From contig NC_045696.1 of the NCBI RefSeq assembly GCF_009834535.1, forward strand, positions 43,278,001 to 43,342,000: a stretch of 64,000 nt of DNA, given 5' to 3'. The notes under the pieces are model-generated. The model worked only from the letters and a program-made list of their open reading frames with translations, did not search any database and was not told the origin of the DNA. Below, in pieces: positions 23,471 to 35,405 of this stretch; within the stretch, counting starts at the first letter, position 1; every line of letters starts with the position of its first letter. The translations under genes were made by a program, and so were the position numbers. Source of the stretch: Camelus ferus (Eukaryota).

Positions 23471-25969
23471 CAAATAGTTACTCATTATTATCATTATTAT
23501 TGCCATGATTCTATCCTTAAACTAGATCTATTAAATCATAATTCAGTACTCCTTCTATGGCACATTATCACTGGGATCTCATGGATTTTAGAGCTGAAAA
23601 GAACCCAGAGGCTATGAATGCTTGAATGAAGCATAATTATGAACCAGAAAACAGAGCTCAGCCAAAGTCTTGCATGTTAGACAAATAATGTCAATGTAAA
23701 ATATACATGACTTTTAATCTAAGAATACTAACTCAGGTAGTGAAAAAGTTGTAGGAGAAATTATAAGAGAAAGAGAAATATGGTGAAGTAAATAAGTTAT
23801 AGAGGTGTTAATATGCTTTTTTCCTCTTTTTATACTGTTTTGAATTTTATGCATGGTAACACAAAGATAACCCGCTTTTCTATCCAGAATTTCCATGGTT
23901 GCCCTTAGAATGGTAGTTTATTGCTCTGTGGCAAGTGAAACCTGCACTGGTTAAAATTTTGCATGACTGAAAACAGAAGAGCCGTTATATTGTGAAATAA
24001 TATCTTGATCATGTTTATTTTATTTACAAGCTTAATGATTGAAACAACAAAGAATACCCCAACTAAATTCTTTTTCCAATTTTGAAATATTCCCAATCAA
24101 ACCTTAGCCAGTATGGAAATGACAGAAGGAAAACCATGCCAGATGCTTATACCTCTCGCATTAATGATTGCTTTCATGCCTTCAGAATTTCAACACTGTT
24201 TATTACTATTCTGGCAGGTTTGCAGGCTTGATCACACTGTGGTGTGTGGATCACACTGTAGCCTGTAGTAAAGAATGAACCTCTGACGAAGGTCTGGCTT
24301 CACCCAGATTCCAGGTCTGGCTCAGAAATGACTAGTTCTGCAGATCTTGGGCAAAGCTTATAAATTCTCCGGGGCTCACTCAGTTATTTTTCCCAAAGAT
24401 TTAGGAGTTTAGCAAGCTAAGTCCTGTGTTTAACAGGGAGTGTGTATAATGATCATTACCATTTAAAATTTTTGTTGCACTAGATCATTTTTTAGTGTTC
24501 TTCTCTCTAAATCTACAGATTTTATAATTTTTCTCAAGATAAGTGCCAGTATTTCTTACTGTTGATAAGTCCAAGATAGAATAAAAATAAAATAGACTTC
24601 ATTATGAGATACTTTTAGTCAGAGTTCAGAAAAACAGTAAATACTAAGTTACCAAATTCTATTAAAATGAGCTCTCAGCCCATAATCTTACTCTTCAATT
24701 TAGCATATGTAATATAATGTTGCTTAATGATCAGGGTGTTTGTGCCTCTCTATTACCATAAAAAATGATTCTTCATTATAATAAAATATTTCTCTATTGC
24801 TTAGTCTGTTTTATGAATTACTCTACACACATTTTGTGTCAATTATAGACCATATAATAAAAGGTAACACTTCAGCCTTCAGGCTTAATCATTTAGTTGG
24901 AGCTCACTGATGTGTTCTTAATTCAATTCGAAGTCCCTCCCCACCCACAGTTTGTGGAGAAAGAGATGCAAATATTTTTCTTCATTGGCAGTGGCTGAAG
25001 AATGCATCAACATGACAAATATTTTCTAGAAGGTGGGGGGAGATATACTCTGTGAATAACAATCTCTCTCAAAGAAAAAAAAAGATAATCATAGCAGTAT
25101 TTATAACATTTCTTTTATCTCAAAGGAGACTCCAAGCACTTTAGAAATATTAACGAGGATCTGGTTCTGTGGGATTCATGTCTCCTGTCACTGAAACGGA
25201 TTCATGTTTAACAGTGTGTGGGGATGACAGACCCCAAAGAAATCTCTGCTGGATTTATGATCACATCTGTAAGGCTGAATGGGGATCCCTGCTTATTACA
25301 AACTGCCCGTGCTGGAATGTGTATCCATCACAGCCTCAAAGGCATGGGCTCCTGCATGTGCAAGATGTAACAGGTAACAAAACAGTCACCTGCTCCCAGA
25401 TAGAAGTGTTGATGAGGCATCCATCACAGGATGCTTTGCCCCACACTGGCTGGTAATGGGGATGGCATTACGCCTGTTCATGAGAGCATTAGTAACCATT
25501 TAAGAACATTTAATGTCTTCATGTAAATTCTTTTTACTTCTTCTGCCTTTTATAGAAATGTATTAAATGTCCAGAATCCTATATTAATGCACCTATAGAA
25601 TAGTCCAAACATAAATATTTCTATGTTGGAAATAATAGTTACCTTCTGTTGCTGAATTCCCTTATACACAGCATATGCCTGACCTGAACAATGATGACAT
25701 GGGGCAAATTCTACAATGATGAGGGACATTGCTTGCACAATTACAAACAGGTGTTATAATTTTATAAATACCTACATATCTATGCACGTGTGTAATCATG
25801 TACATGTGCATATTTAGTGTGTATTAATTTCATGGGGCTTTCATTTATATTATGTGCTATTATTCACCTTACAACTAATAATAGTTAAAAGGGGAAAGAA
25901 AGGAATATAAGGAAATAGATTCCAATTTTTACATTCCATCATTACTTATACTATTTTGTAGACAAGTTT

Positions 25970-26290
25970 TATTCATTTATATTTTTATTCATTATATCAG
26001 AATGTTATTCATTATATACAAGTGGCATTTATTCAGTAGTTCTTAGACCCTATTCTAGGCATTAGGCATTTAAAGAGAAATATGCTTCCCTGATCTTTAG
26101 GAAGATCATATTCTTTTGAGAGAGATAAATATAAAAACAGTAAATAGAACAACATAGGAACAGCAAACAGGCAGCTCATAATTCTGTGATACAAAGATGA
26201 GGCAGGGGTGATTTTACAGAGAAGGCAGCATTTGAATTGGGTCTTGAAGATTGAATAAGAGATGTCAGTCAAAGCAAGCATTTTGGCCAG
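25970..26290 (-). mobile_element. LINE-2 3' end
   Basis: (attc)n-like tail, 'catttattcagtagttcttagaccctattctaggcattagg' and 'gcatttgaattgggtcttgaagattgaataaga'. Confidence 0.65.
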
Positions 26291-27024
26291 GGTTCTAACT
26301 GTAAAATTTAAACTAAGTTCTAGCACTGACTGCAATAAAGATATAATTCCAGAAAGATCAAGTGAGTGAAAGATAGTATGAGTTTCAAAAAACTGTGAGC
26401 AGAGCAGCTGACAGATGCACTCTGTCCCCTCTCCCATTCTCACACATACCTGGCTAGAATTAGACTTAAAACTGGCTTTTCAAAACAAGATAGGCTAAAC
26501 TCCCAGATCTACAACATTGCTCATGCCACATACCCTTTTCCCTCCTAGGTACCATTTATAATCACCTCTATAATTCATTTTAACTTTTGTTTTTAATCCT
26601 TTCTTTCCTGCATCTTGTCCTATTCTGCTAAAGCAAAATCCCATTTATGAGCATCCTCACGGGGTGTCTTCCATAACCTCAGACTGAATAGGCGATCATG
26701 AAACACTTTTTTCTTCTTCTTTTCTCCTTTCCTCTGGGTATTGGTATGTGCCTTGGATATTTCTGCTCTTTCTGTTAATTAAGCCAGAATGTAATTTAGC
26801 TGGCCCCCAAAACTCTCTCTGGTTGAGATGGAAACAACCATTAGATCTTCCAAGTTTCCACGAGGAACCATTCTTCCTTGCTGCTGCTAACAACCCCCCC
26901 ACCCCGGTTCTAATGATGCTTGGCAATGTATTGGGTAATCAGAGAGAGAAACTAACATCATTATCCCTAGTTTGTTTTCCTAGATATTCAGCTTACTTCC
27001 AGGACGTTCCTTTACCCCTCATGT

Positions 27025-27500
27025 TGTTACCAAATACAAGGTCATGTGTCCAATGCACAATGAGGCCAAAAAATATAGGGATGTAAGAGTTTGGAGCAGA
27101 GAAAGTTTTGTTGCTGGGATAAGCAAGAATGGGTGGCTTATGCCCAACCCCCCCCCCACCCAACCACCACCACTCAGCCCCGGTGTCAAATTCCCAGAAG
27201 GGTTTCAGCTGAGCATTTATAAAGGCAAGCTGAGGGAGGGGTGGCCTAGGGTTTGTGATCAGCTGTGCACAATTCTCTCATTGGTTGATGATGCTCAATC
27301 CTTAGGAGTCAGAAGGCCTGGGGGCTACATGCTCAAGATCATCAAGTAGTTAATTTCTGCCATTTGGTGGTGATTTTTAGCATATGAAAAACTCCAGAAA
27401 TACGCATGAGATACTCTACTACTTTAGAGAGGAGCTACAGGAGAGGATATTGGGGAGGGGTCCATCCCAGGAAGGTCCCATAGAGTCCCGCTTGGTGATA
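27025..27500 (-). mobile_element. 3' LTR of the ERV1 provirus
   Basis: Aligns by eye end to end with 31791-32241. Begins tgttacc and ends ggtgata. Confidence 0.92.
27215..27284 (-). promoter_or_regulatory. LTR core promoter motifs: CCAAT (27280-27284), CACCC box, TATAAAT (27215-27221)
   Basis: Minus strand reads caaccaatg...ccacccctccc...cctttataaat with typical U3 spacing. Confidence 0.55.
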
Positions 27501-27502
27501 GT

Positions 27503-27517
27503 TCCTCCTTTTTCTTT
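27503..27517 (-). other. Polypurine tract of the ERV
   Basis: Minus strand 'aaagaaaaaggagga(ac)' lies immediately before the 3' LTR. Confidence 0.85.
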
Positions 27518-27849
27518 GATATTCCTCAATCTTGAGGAGAACAGGTATTTGGATAAGAAGTGGAACAATATTTAGGATAGAGAGGTTAATCATAAACTCG
27601 GCAGAGGAACTCAAGTTTCAGCTTCCAATCCTGTTTCATCCTCCCCCAGTGGGGTGATGACCACTCTGGCTGGTTCCTGCTGAAATGGTGTAGTCCTACC
27701 CCTATTTGGGGAACGGATACCCGAGTTGGAAATATTCCTGAGTTCCAAGTGCTGGATCCTAGTCTTGTATGACTAAGATCTCATTCCCTGAGGAATTCAG
27801 GAGAATAAGCCTGAAAACCAATCTGGACCTAGCACTTTTGGGGAGACTT

Positions 27850-28001
27850 GTAGCCAGATAGCCAGCTGTCTACCTTTATCTGAGTAGGTTTTAACTTTTG
27901 ATGTAGTATTAACATATATATGACAAGAGTTATTGACCATTACATGTGTCTCCTTTTTTTGTTTCTGCCAACATCTTATCTAAAGCAATTTTATTGTCTA
28001 A
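27850..28001 (-). pseudogene. env: ERV env TM remnant (immunosuppressive domain and CX6CC region)
   Basis: Minus strand from 28001: LDNKIALDKMLAETKKGDTC, frameshift, MVNNSCHIYVNTTSKVKTYSDKGRQLAIWLQ. This matches the gamma-type TM consensus LDNRIALDYLLAEQGGVC.VINTSCCTYINTSG.VET....I..QATWL. Confidence 0.85.
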
Positions 28002-30639
28002 AAATTTAAGTTACAAGAGGAGACCATGAGGTCATAGTTTACAGCTGCCATCTGCCAGCAGACAGTGCTTTGAGGATGGCTGATGGTGTCCTGAGTATGA
28101 CACAGTTCAGAAATCTTTGAGAATGTACCTAAAATCATGTCCCCAATTGCCACCTAGTTTTACCTTGAATGTCTGAATCACAGCTACTGCATTTTGACTT
28201 TCAGATGCATTCCCCTCAAGACCAAAGCAGATATACAATGCATGTCCAAAAGGCCATAAAACAGGCTGCTTTGGTCAGTAAATTTTAAGTCAAACCATGC
28301 ATAAGCCAGAATGACTTCTCCATACCTCAGTATGTGCAGATATTTCCATTATTTCTTCTTTTGATTACGAATCATTCAATAGAAAGCACTGATGATCTAA
28401 ATATCTGTCCCTCTGCTCTGGGGTGGTGGCTCCTGCACCAGGTTTAGATCCAGTCCCTCAGTGCTAGGCCTCCTTTACATTTACCTAGTTATCCACACTC
28501 GGGGGAGACTAATCAGATGTGGTGAACAGGCTCAGTGGTAGGTTAATGGTGACACACTTTATAAGCTATCCATTTTATCACTTACACCCAACTGTTACAC
28601 AAGCATCATACATGTGCTTTTAGCAATAGACATAAAGTAAGCATTATTACACACGAGTAGTTAAACTCTGTGGCAACTTCATTAGAGAATTCTCTTTCTA
28701 TCATAAATGTTGGGGGCAATATTGATATGAAGACAAATAGTTGATAAATAATTTAACTAGAAAACAGGCTAAGTGATACTTCAGATAACCAAATACTTAT
28801 AATCATATTAATTAGTTCACTCAATCCCATGCAATCAATCCCTTTTACTAACAGTTTTATAAAATCAAGAGTTTTCACTAGACTTCTTAAAAATATCCTA
28901 CCCAGCACATTGATATGATTTAAAAGAAATCTATACTTGTCAAAACTTCCCTTTTACCAATCTTCTTGAAGATGAAGCAATTCTGCAAAGCATCAGCTTA
29001 ATTTTATGAATGACAAAAGACCCCAAAAGGCAAGGCAAATGGTCGGATTACAATGTTTTCAACAAACTTAATCAAATTGCTGTGACATACAACATCCCAA
29101 GATAATAACCAGGATCATGACTGATAGCATTATACCAGGACAAATCCAAACTTCAGAAATTTCACACAATCTTTAGAATGTCCATATTAACATTTATCCA
29201 TTTCATATTATCTGAAGAGGCTTATCACTCATTTGACAGTGCTTCCAGTGCAATTCAACACACCAACCAATCTTAGTTGAACATTCTCTGAGATATCTCA
29301 GGGTCCCTCTGAAGCATCCCAAAAAGTCAAAATAATTTTAATTAGAATTTGACAGGAGTTTATAAAAATACCAAAAAGTTTCAAACTATCTATTATTAGA
29401 AGCATTCGAAGTAAACTTGCACTCTTAACAGAGTGGAACCAAATCTAGTCCTGTACCAGCCTACTCTTAATGACAAAATCCATTTACCTAATTAAGTGTA
29501 ACCTAATCTCAGCCTGACTATGCACAGAACTCTTTTTAGAGCTCCCTCTCAACAAACGTTCCACAACGTTCTGTGTCCACATTAATTTGTCTTTTTTTTT
29601 TTTCACCATTTAGAAATAACCAGCTGAAGGACCAAATCAATGTCTTTTCCTTTAACAAAATGCAACTCCAATTCCTTATACCCTTTTTCACTCAAAACAT
29701 ATATTCTATTGCATACTGAAATGTTCCCCCACTATTTTCAGTAGCTTCAATTACACACCCAAATTAGAATCTTCAATTCTAAAAAATCTCAACTTCTAGT
29801 GAATGTTTCAATATATTATTTTGTTTGGGAATGACCCAGCTATTTAACAAACTCCCATCATTTAACCCAATCCAATACGACTCTAAAATTTCAAGTTACC
29901 AAATATCTGGAGAGATCATTTTTAAGTAGACATTCCTAAAACATAATTATTTCTAAAGAGTTTACCCAAAACTCTTATCTCATATACATTTAGTTCACTT
30001 ATAAGAATTTCATCATACCAGTTATTTTTTTTTCTTTCTGCTGACAAACTAGTGAACTTACTGACCTTCAGTAAACCTAGGTACATTAAAAGACGTGTCT
30101 GTATTGATTATATCAACAAGCTTAGGCTAGCTTTAATATCAGGTATCAATTCAATATTGAATATCTCCTAGATAACATGAACTTAAAGTTTGTCCTGTCT
30201 AGCTTCTTTTATACTTAGAAGTGTTTAATTTGTAAGCACTTACTTTTAAGCCAATTAAATAGAACTCATTTACAATTTTTTATGTAAAGACAGAACCAAA
30301 GATCTGTTTTTCCACTTGTGTTTAAAAAATCCCCCTTTTCCCCCCAGGTAGATCATCTACATCTCAAAAGCACAGGAAGAGCAATGCAAATTTATCCTTT
30401 ATTTTAGCTGCTTTTCATAAAACAACCATCTTGGCTATTTTCAGAAATCCCCCCCCCCCACCTTGTTACCAAACATCTGTGTCAGTTTAAAGAAATAATA
30501 GTGATATATAAACACACACACATACGTATATTATAATTCACTCACATTCACATGCCTCACTTTCAGCAAAACCAGGAAGAAAGAACAGGACTAGGACTCT
30601 GGCACGAACACACACACACACACAACCCCAAGATAAAAG

Positions 30640-30844
30640 CAAAGCAGCTGGAAAGGCCCACTTTGATATAATAGCAGAGCCATAAGAGGGGACTGTTCTC
30701 CAGATCTCAGGGCGTATTGAGCCCACATAGTATTACAATAAAAAATATTTTCTTTCATTTATGAGAGCATAGCTCAAGATCTCTCAGTTTTGCAAAATAT
30801 ACCATAGGGGGACTATAAGATGGAACAGAGATCTGATCATACAT
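30640..30844 (-). pseudogene. gag: ERV gag matrix (MA) remnant
   Basis: Minus strand from ATG at 30844 with frameshifts: MYDQISVPSYSP/LWYILQN*EILSYALINERK/IFYCNTMWAQYALRSGEQSPL/YGS...FQLLCFY. This matches ERV9/HERV-W-like MA (SIP.DSPLGCIL.NW...KK.LIFFCNTAWPQY.L..GE.WP..GS...LQLDLFC). Confidence 0.8.
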
Positions 30845-31767
30845 ACTTAACTATTCATAGCCAATGTTATCAAATATCAAGCAAACAGTTCAAAACTGTC
30901 TTCCCGAGTTGAGTCACAGTTCCTCAGCCCCAAAAAGGGGATTCCCAGGCAATGCCCCATCAGAGATGAAGCTGAATGAATGACCAAAGCTAGAAAGGAA
31001 AAATCCCAACGAATGCAATCCGAAGCCAGTGCAATAGAGAAGGATATCCAAATGCTGTCACACCTGAGCCCCATTATGCATGAAAGCCATCTCAACAGGC
31101 CAGTGCAAGTTCTGACACACACAAACAACAAACAGTCCCACAAAAGATCAGATGAGGTGTAACCCCAAATTTCCACTTCCACTCCAAGACTGAGGCTTCC
31201 AGAGGGGCCTGGATCCTGAAAGAGAACGGACCCAAACTGGCTCCCAATGAGCCCAGAATGTCTCAATTCCCAGAAGGGATGAGTGGTGTAAAAGTTTCCA
31301 ATCCTGCACAAGCCAGAGTGGCTCACCCCAAAATAAGACACACAACAACACAAACAACAAATAGCTATGGTCACGCAGACAATTGGAGCTGGAGGTGCAG
31401 TCTAAAAATTCCATTTGCACTCCCAGAGGGAGGCCTCCAAACAGACTGGCCCAACTCTCAAGAGAATGAACCCAGAGTGGCTCACAGTAAGCCCAGAGCA
31501 GCTCAGTTCCCGCAAGACAATGAGCCCAGGTAGAGTGGAGAGAATTCCTAGCCTGCGTGCGAGTTGGGAGACTCACCCTCAAGAGATATCGAATGTGAAC
31601 CATGGCTCCAGGCATTCCTTGGCTCCAAACAGTCACACGCCTTGGGTGGCTGGCACTCGTTGGGGAGAGACGCTCCAGGTTCTCCAGAGTGACGTGAGCT
31701 CTGGCAGCTGCTGGGTACTTAGCGAAGCAGCTGTCTGTGGCCTGGGTGGACCCGCCATGGGTGCAAA

Positions 31768-31786
31768 CTCCTGAGCTTGCTCCCCA
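31768..31786 (-). other. Primer-binding site, tRNA-Arg(ACG)-like
   Basis: Minus strand TGGGGAGCAAGCTCAGGAG, 4 nt from the 5' LTR. The complement of the tRNA-Arg(ACG) 3' end is TGGCGAGCCAGCCAGGAG (2 substitutions, 1 insertion). Confidence 0.7.
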
Positions 31787-31790
31787 AAAC

Positions 31791-32241
31791 TGTTACCTAA
31801 CTCAAGGCCATGCACCCAATGCATGGTAAGGCCAAAAAATACTGAAATGTCAGGGTTTGGAGCAGAGAAAGTTTTAACGTTGGGCAGAGCAGGGACTGGT
31901 AGCTCATGGCTCAAAAAGCCTCTGAATTTCCCCAAAGGGTTTCAGCTGAGGATTTTTAAAGGTCAGCCGAGGGAGGGGCGGGTCAGGGTATGTGATCAGC
32001 TGTGCACAATTCTCTCATCGGTTGATGGTGCTCAATCCTTAGGCCCCAAAAGGTCTGAGGACTATCTACTCATGATTATCACGAAGTTAATTTCTTCCAT
32101 TTGGTGGTGGTTTTCAGCATCTGAAAAACTCAGGGAATAGGCATGAGATACTATTAACTGGGTACTTCAGAGAGGAGCTACAGCAGAGGATATGGGGAGG
32201 GGCTGTCCCCAAAAGGCCCCATAGGGTTCTTCTTGGTTACA
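31791..32241 (-). mobile_element. 5' LTR of the ERV1 provirus
   Basis: tgttacc...ggttaca termini, homologous to 27025-27500, with a GC box ggggcgg near 31975. Confidence 0.92.
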
Positions 32242-32333
32242 CTGCCATAGATTATTGTCAGGCCACACACTAACCAGGTACAACCAGGAAGGCCTAAAAT
32301 CCCAAAGTGAAACAGAAACCAAGTATACATAAA

Positions 32334-32796
32334 TGTTTGGGTTGAACTGTGTCTCCCCCCCAAAATATGTTGAAATCCAAGCCTCTGGGCTTTCAGAATA
32401 TGGCCTTATTTGGAAATAGAATGTTTACAGAGACAATCAGTTTAAAAAGAGGCTGTTAGGTCCTAAAATGTGATTACTATCTTTGCAAAACAGGAAAATT
32501 TGTACACACGGATAGACATGCACAGAGAGAAAATGATGTGGAGAAATACAGGGAAAACACTGTATAAAGATACAAACAGATTGAAGTGATGTATCTACCG
32601 TCAAAGACTGCCAGCAAACCACCAGAAGCTGGGAGGGAGGCAGGGAACAGATTCTTCCTCCCAGCCCTCGGAAATAACACGCCCAGCTGACAGCCTGATT
32701 TTGGATTTCTAGCCTCCAGAACTGTGAGACAATACATTTCTGTTGTTTAAGCCACCTCGTTTGTGGCACTTGGTTGTGGCAGTCTAGTTACTAACA
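32334..32796 (+). mobile_element. MLT1C-like MaLR solo LTR
   Basis: 'gggttgaactgtgtctccccccaaaatatgttgaa...gccagcaaaccaccagaagctggga...tttctagcctccagaactgtgagacaatacatttctgttgtttaagccacc', about 460 bp. Confidence 0.9.
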
Positions 32797-32869
32797 AACT
32801 AGTACTGATAATCTGCAGTTCCACTTCCCTTCTTTGACAGAGTTCATTCCCCACATTATGGAAATAAAT

Positions 32870-33000
32870 GCCTTCTTCCCCACTAGATGTGAGATTTAGA
32901 AGTGGCAGATACTGTGTCTTATACATTTATGTGTCTTTGCAGCTCTAGCCTGTTGTTTTGCACACTACAGGAATGGAATTAACCTTTGCTAAATATACTT
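32870..33000 (+). mobile_element. LINE-2 3' end
   Basis: 'cccactagatgtgag...ggcagatactgtgtcttatacatttatgtgtc'. Confidence 0.55.
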
Positions 33001-35199
33001 TAAACTCAAAAAATACACTGATGCTATTGCATAAAATAATTCTTGGTTTCACAGAGAAACAAAACCAAGGATAAAGTGATGTAAACAGTCACGGAAAAAC
33101 AAAATTATTCCCTTAATTTTGCTTAATATATAATATACATCTATACATATATACATATTTTCTCAAAGTTGTTAGTATTTATGACTATGAACTTTCAATG
33201 AAAGCAGATATATTTTGTAGAAATACCCTAATGCCATATATTTATAATTTTATGAGAGCTTGTTTATTTCATGAATATTAATTATGGTTTTAAGCTCATT
33301 CTATACGAATGCAGCTGAAAATACAATGTTGATTATTACATTGTTTTGTATTACATCGTAATACATTTTAAGAAACATGAATCTAGCCTGATTTAGAATA
33401 CATTAATATAAGCAGAACTACAAATTAATTTGAAGGTTAGTAGTTAAATATATCAAAGCCGCAATGCTACAGACTAATAGGCCCTTCTTTACTATGAACT
33501 GTCTGTATTATTATTATGAGACTTCTATTAGTCCTCTTCTAAGCATAATCATTTGACTGGAAAATTGATTCAATACTAATGCATCACCTATTATACTGTA
33601 CTTTAAGGAAAGGAATGTCATACTAGTACAGGGCCACTGTGAATAATTAAAACAGAATATATGATTTCTCATAGCAAGTCTGAGATGACTTAGAAAATTA
33701 ATTTTCTCACATCAAAAGTAAACATATTATTGACGGTTTGCCTATGAGAACAATTGCTTTAGACAAATTCACTTAAAAAAATAAAAACAAAAATTGTTTG
33801 AAATATGTAATTATACATCTTGAAAGAGGTTCTAGAGAAGGCCAATTTAAAAACAAATCTTAAACCTTTCAACTAAACTGCAAGGCGATTTAGACTGAAC
33901 TTTTAATTTCTGGCTATCTCTTCTGATGTTATATAGGCACATCCAAAGAAAGAGAAACATAACAAATGGTGTGGGATGCAGTAGAGGGTGAATACTATAT
34001 GCAGATCATTTTTTGCTCTATGATCCTGGTTTCTTTTCTTAGCACAAGGTCAAATATTCAGTTATCTTTCTTGAATTTGAAGTTCAAAGTGAACATTAGC
34101 TGAAACAATGGCCTGAATTCATATCAGAAATGCATTAGACCAAAAATCAAATCTATTTTTAATAATTAAGTACAAGTAAGGCAGGTCAATTTAACTTTTA
34201 ATAAATCTGCTTGTGTAGAATTATAACAAAAGTAAACATTCTTTAAACTCTACTTTTTACATGAAGGAAATTTTGGAGGAAAACAATTTGATTTTTTATT
34301 GGAAATGATGAAGGGAAGAAAACTTCATATGACTGCTGATTACTTGCTGGAAATTATTAACATGATTTCCTAAAAAAATCAACATTTACTTCATATTGAT
34401 TGAACACCTAGTCCAAGAGCTGTTATGATAGATGACTGGAACATACAAAACAGACAACTGGGGCAAGTTCTGCACAAACACAATTGTTAGAAAACGAGGC
34501 AAATCAATGTACAAACGAGAGCTGCCCTATGTAGTTCAGACATATGTAATTCAGACTGCAAATGTTTTGGAAGTATATTCATCCACTGAACTCTCATAAA
34601 CCTTTCATTTACATAGGAGGAACTGAGTTCAGTCCCATACAGTACACAAAAATTCTTCTCAAGGATCTCACAGACTAACAGGGAGATCCTTTACACATGT
34701 ACATAACAATACCAGGAAGAGGCATATTGTCCATTTCACAAGAAATGTAGAAGGGAAGAGTGAGAAAGGAATTCAAAGGCTGGAATAATAATATAAACTG
34801 CCTTAAAAGATACTGTAAATCTAAAGCTTGCCAAGTTGAGGAGGGGGTAGGGTACATAATATCATGAAAATCTTTCTCCCTAAATAAACTCCTTTATCAA
34901 TTTCAGATCTGAAATTATCTTTTTGAAGTAATATTTTTATCAGAATTCCTCTTTCTTTTGGAATAATACAGAGACCATTGGTCATTATGCATTATAAAAA
35001 CATTTTACTCCCCTTCAATTAACTTCATTTAAATGTTAGAGTCACTGGGATTTAGTTTCTAAAAACACGTCAATATAATCTGGGCACATGAAGAAGTCAG
35101 TAAAAGTCAATGTCTTTGAAGGGGGCTTTGTGGAAGAAAATAACCACAAGTGAAGCATGTGTGCAGATGTGAATTTCTCACTTTTACCTAATAATGTGT

Positions 35200-35405
35200 A
35201 AAAATCATTGAGCAATTATTTTGTGCCAAGTTTTTCACAACGTTATTTTGTTTATTACTCTTAGAACTGTATGTAGTAGGCCATCTTAAAATCTCCATCT
35301 TACACATGAGGAGTTAAGTAATTGGGTCACATATCTAGTAGGTAATAGAGAGGAATTTGATGCAGGTGGTTTGACACTGGAGCCTGTGTGCTTAAATTAT
35401 GATAC
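35200..35405 (-). mobile_element. MIR SINE
   Basis: 'ttgagcaattattttgtgccaag...ctccatcttacacatgaggag...ggtcacatatctagtagg...gtttgacactggagcctgtgtgcttaa'. Confidence 0.75.

Larger units (their letters stand above)
27025..32241 (-). mobile_element. Non-autonomous class I endogenous retrovirus (ERV1, MER4-group-like) with both LTRs
   Basis: Two homologous ~450-476 bp direct repeats bounded by TGTTACC...GGT(T/G)A(C/T)A. A PBS sits next to the right LTR and a PPT next to the left LTR. Gag MA and env TM remnants are on the minus strand. No recognisable pol. Confidence 0.92.

Noticed and set aside
17486..24275. Scattered 10-24 bp tandem micro-duplications (17490, 18715, 22493, 24231)
   Set aside because: Ordinary replication-slippage products with no shared unit or periodicity.
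30877..32140. Cluster of overlapping 90-165 aa ORFs on both strands
   Set aside because: They lie in the GC-richer ERV leader and LTR, where stop codons are rarer. None resembles Gag; the real gag remnant is at 30640-30844.
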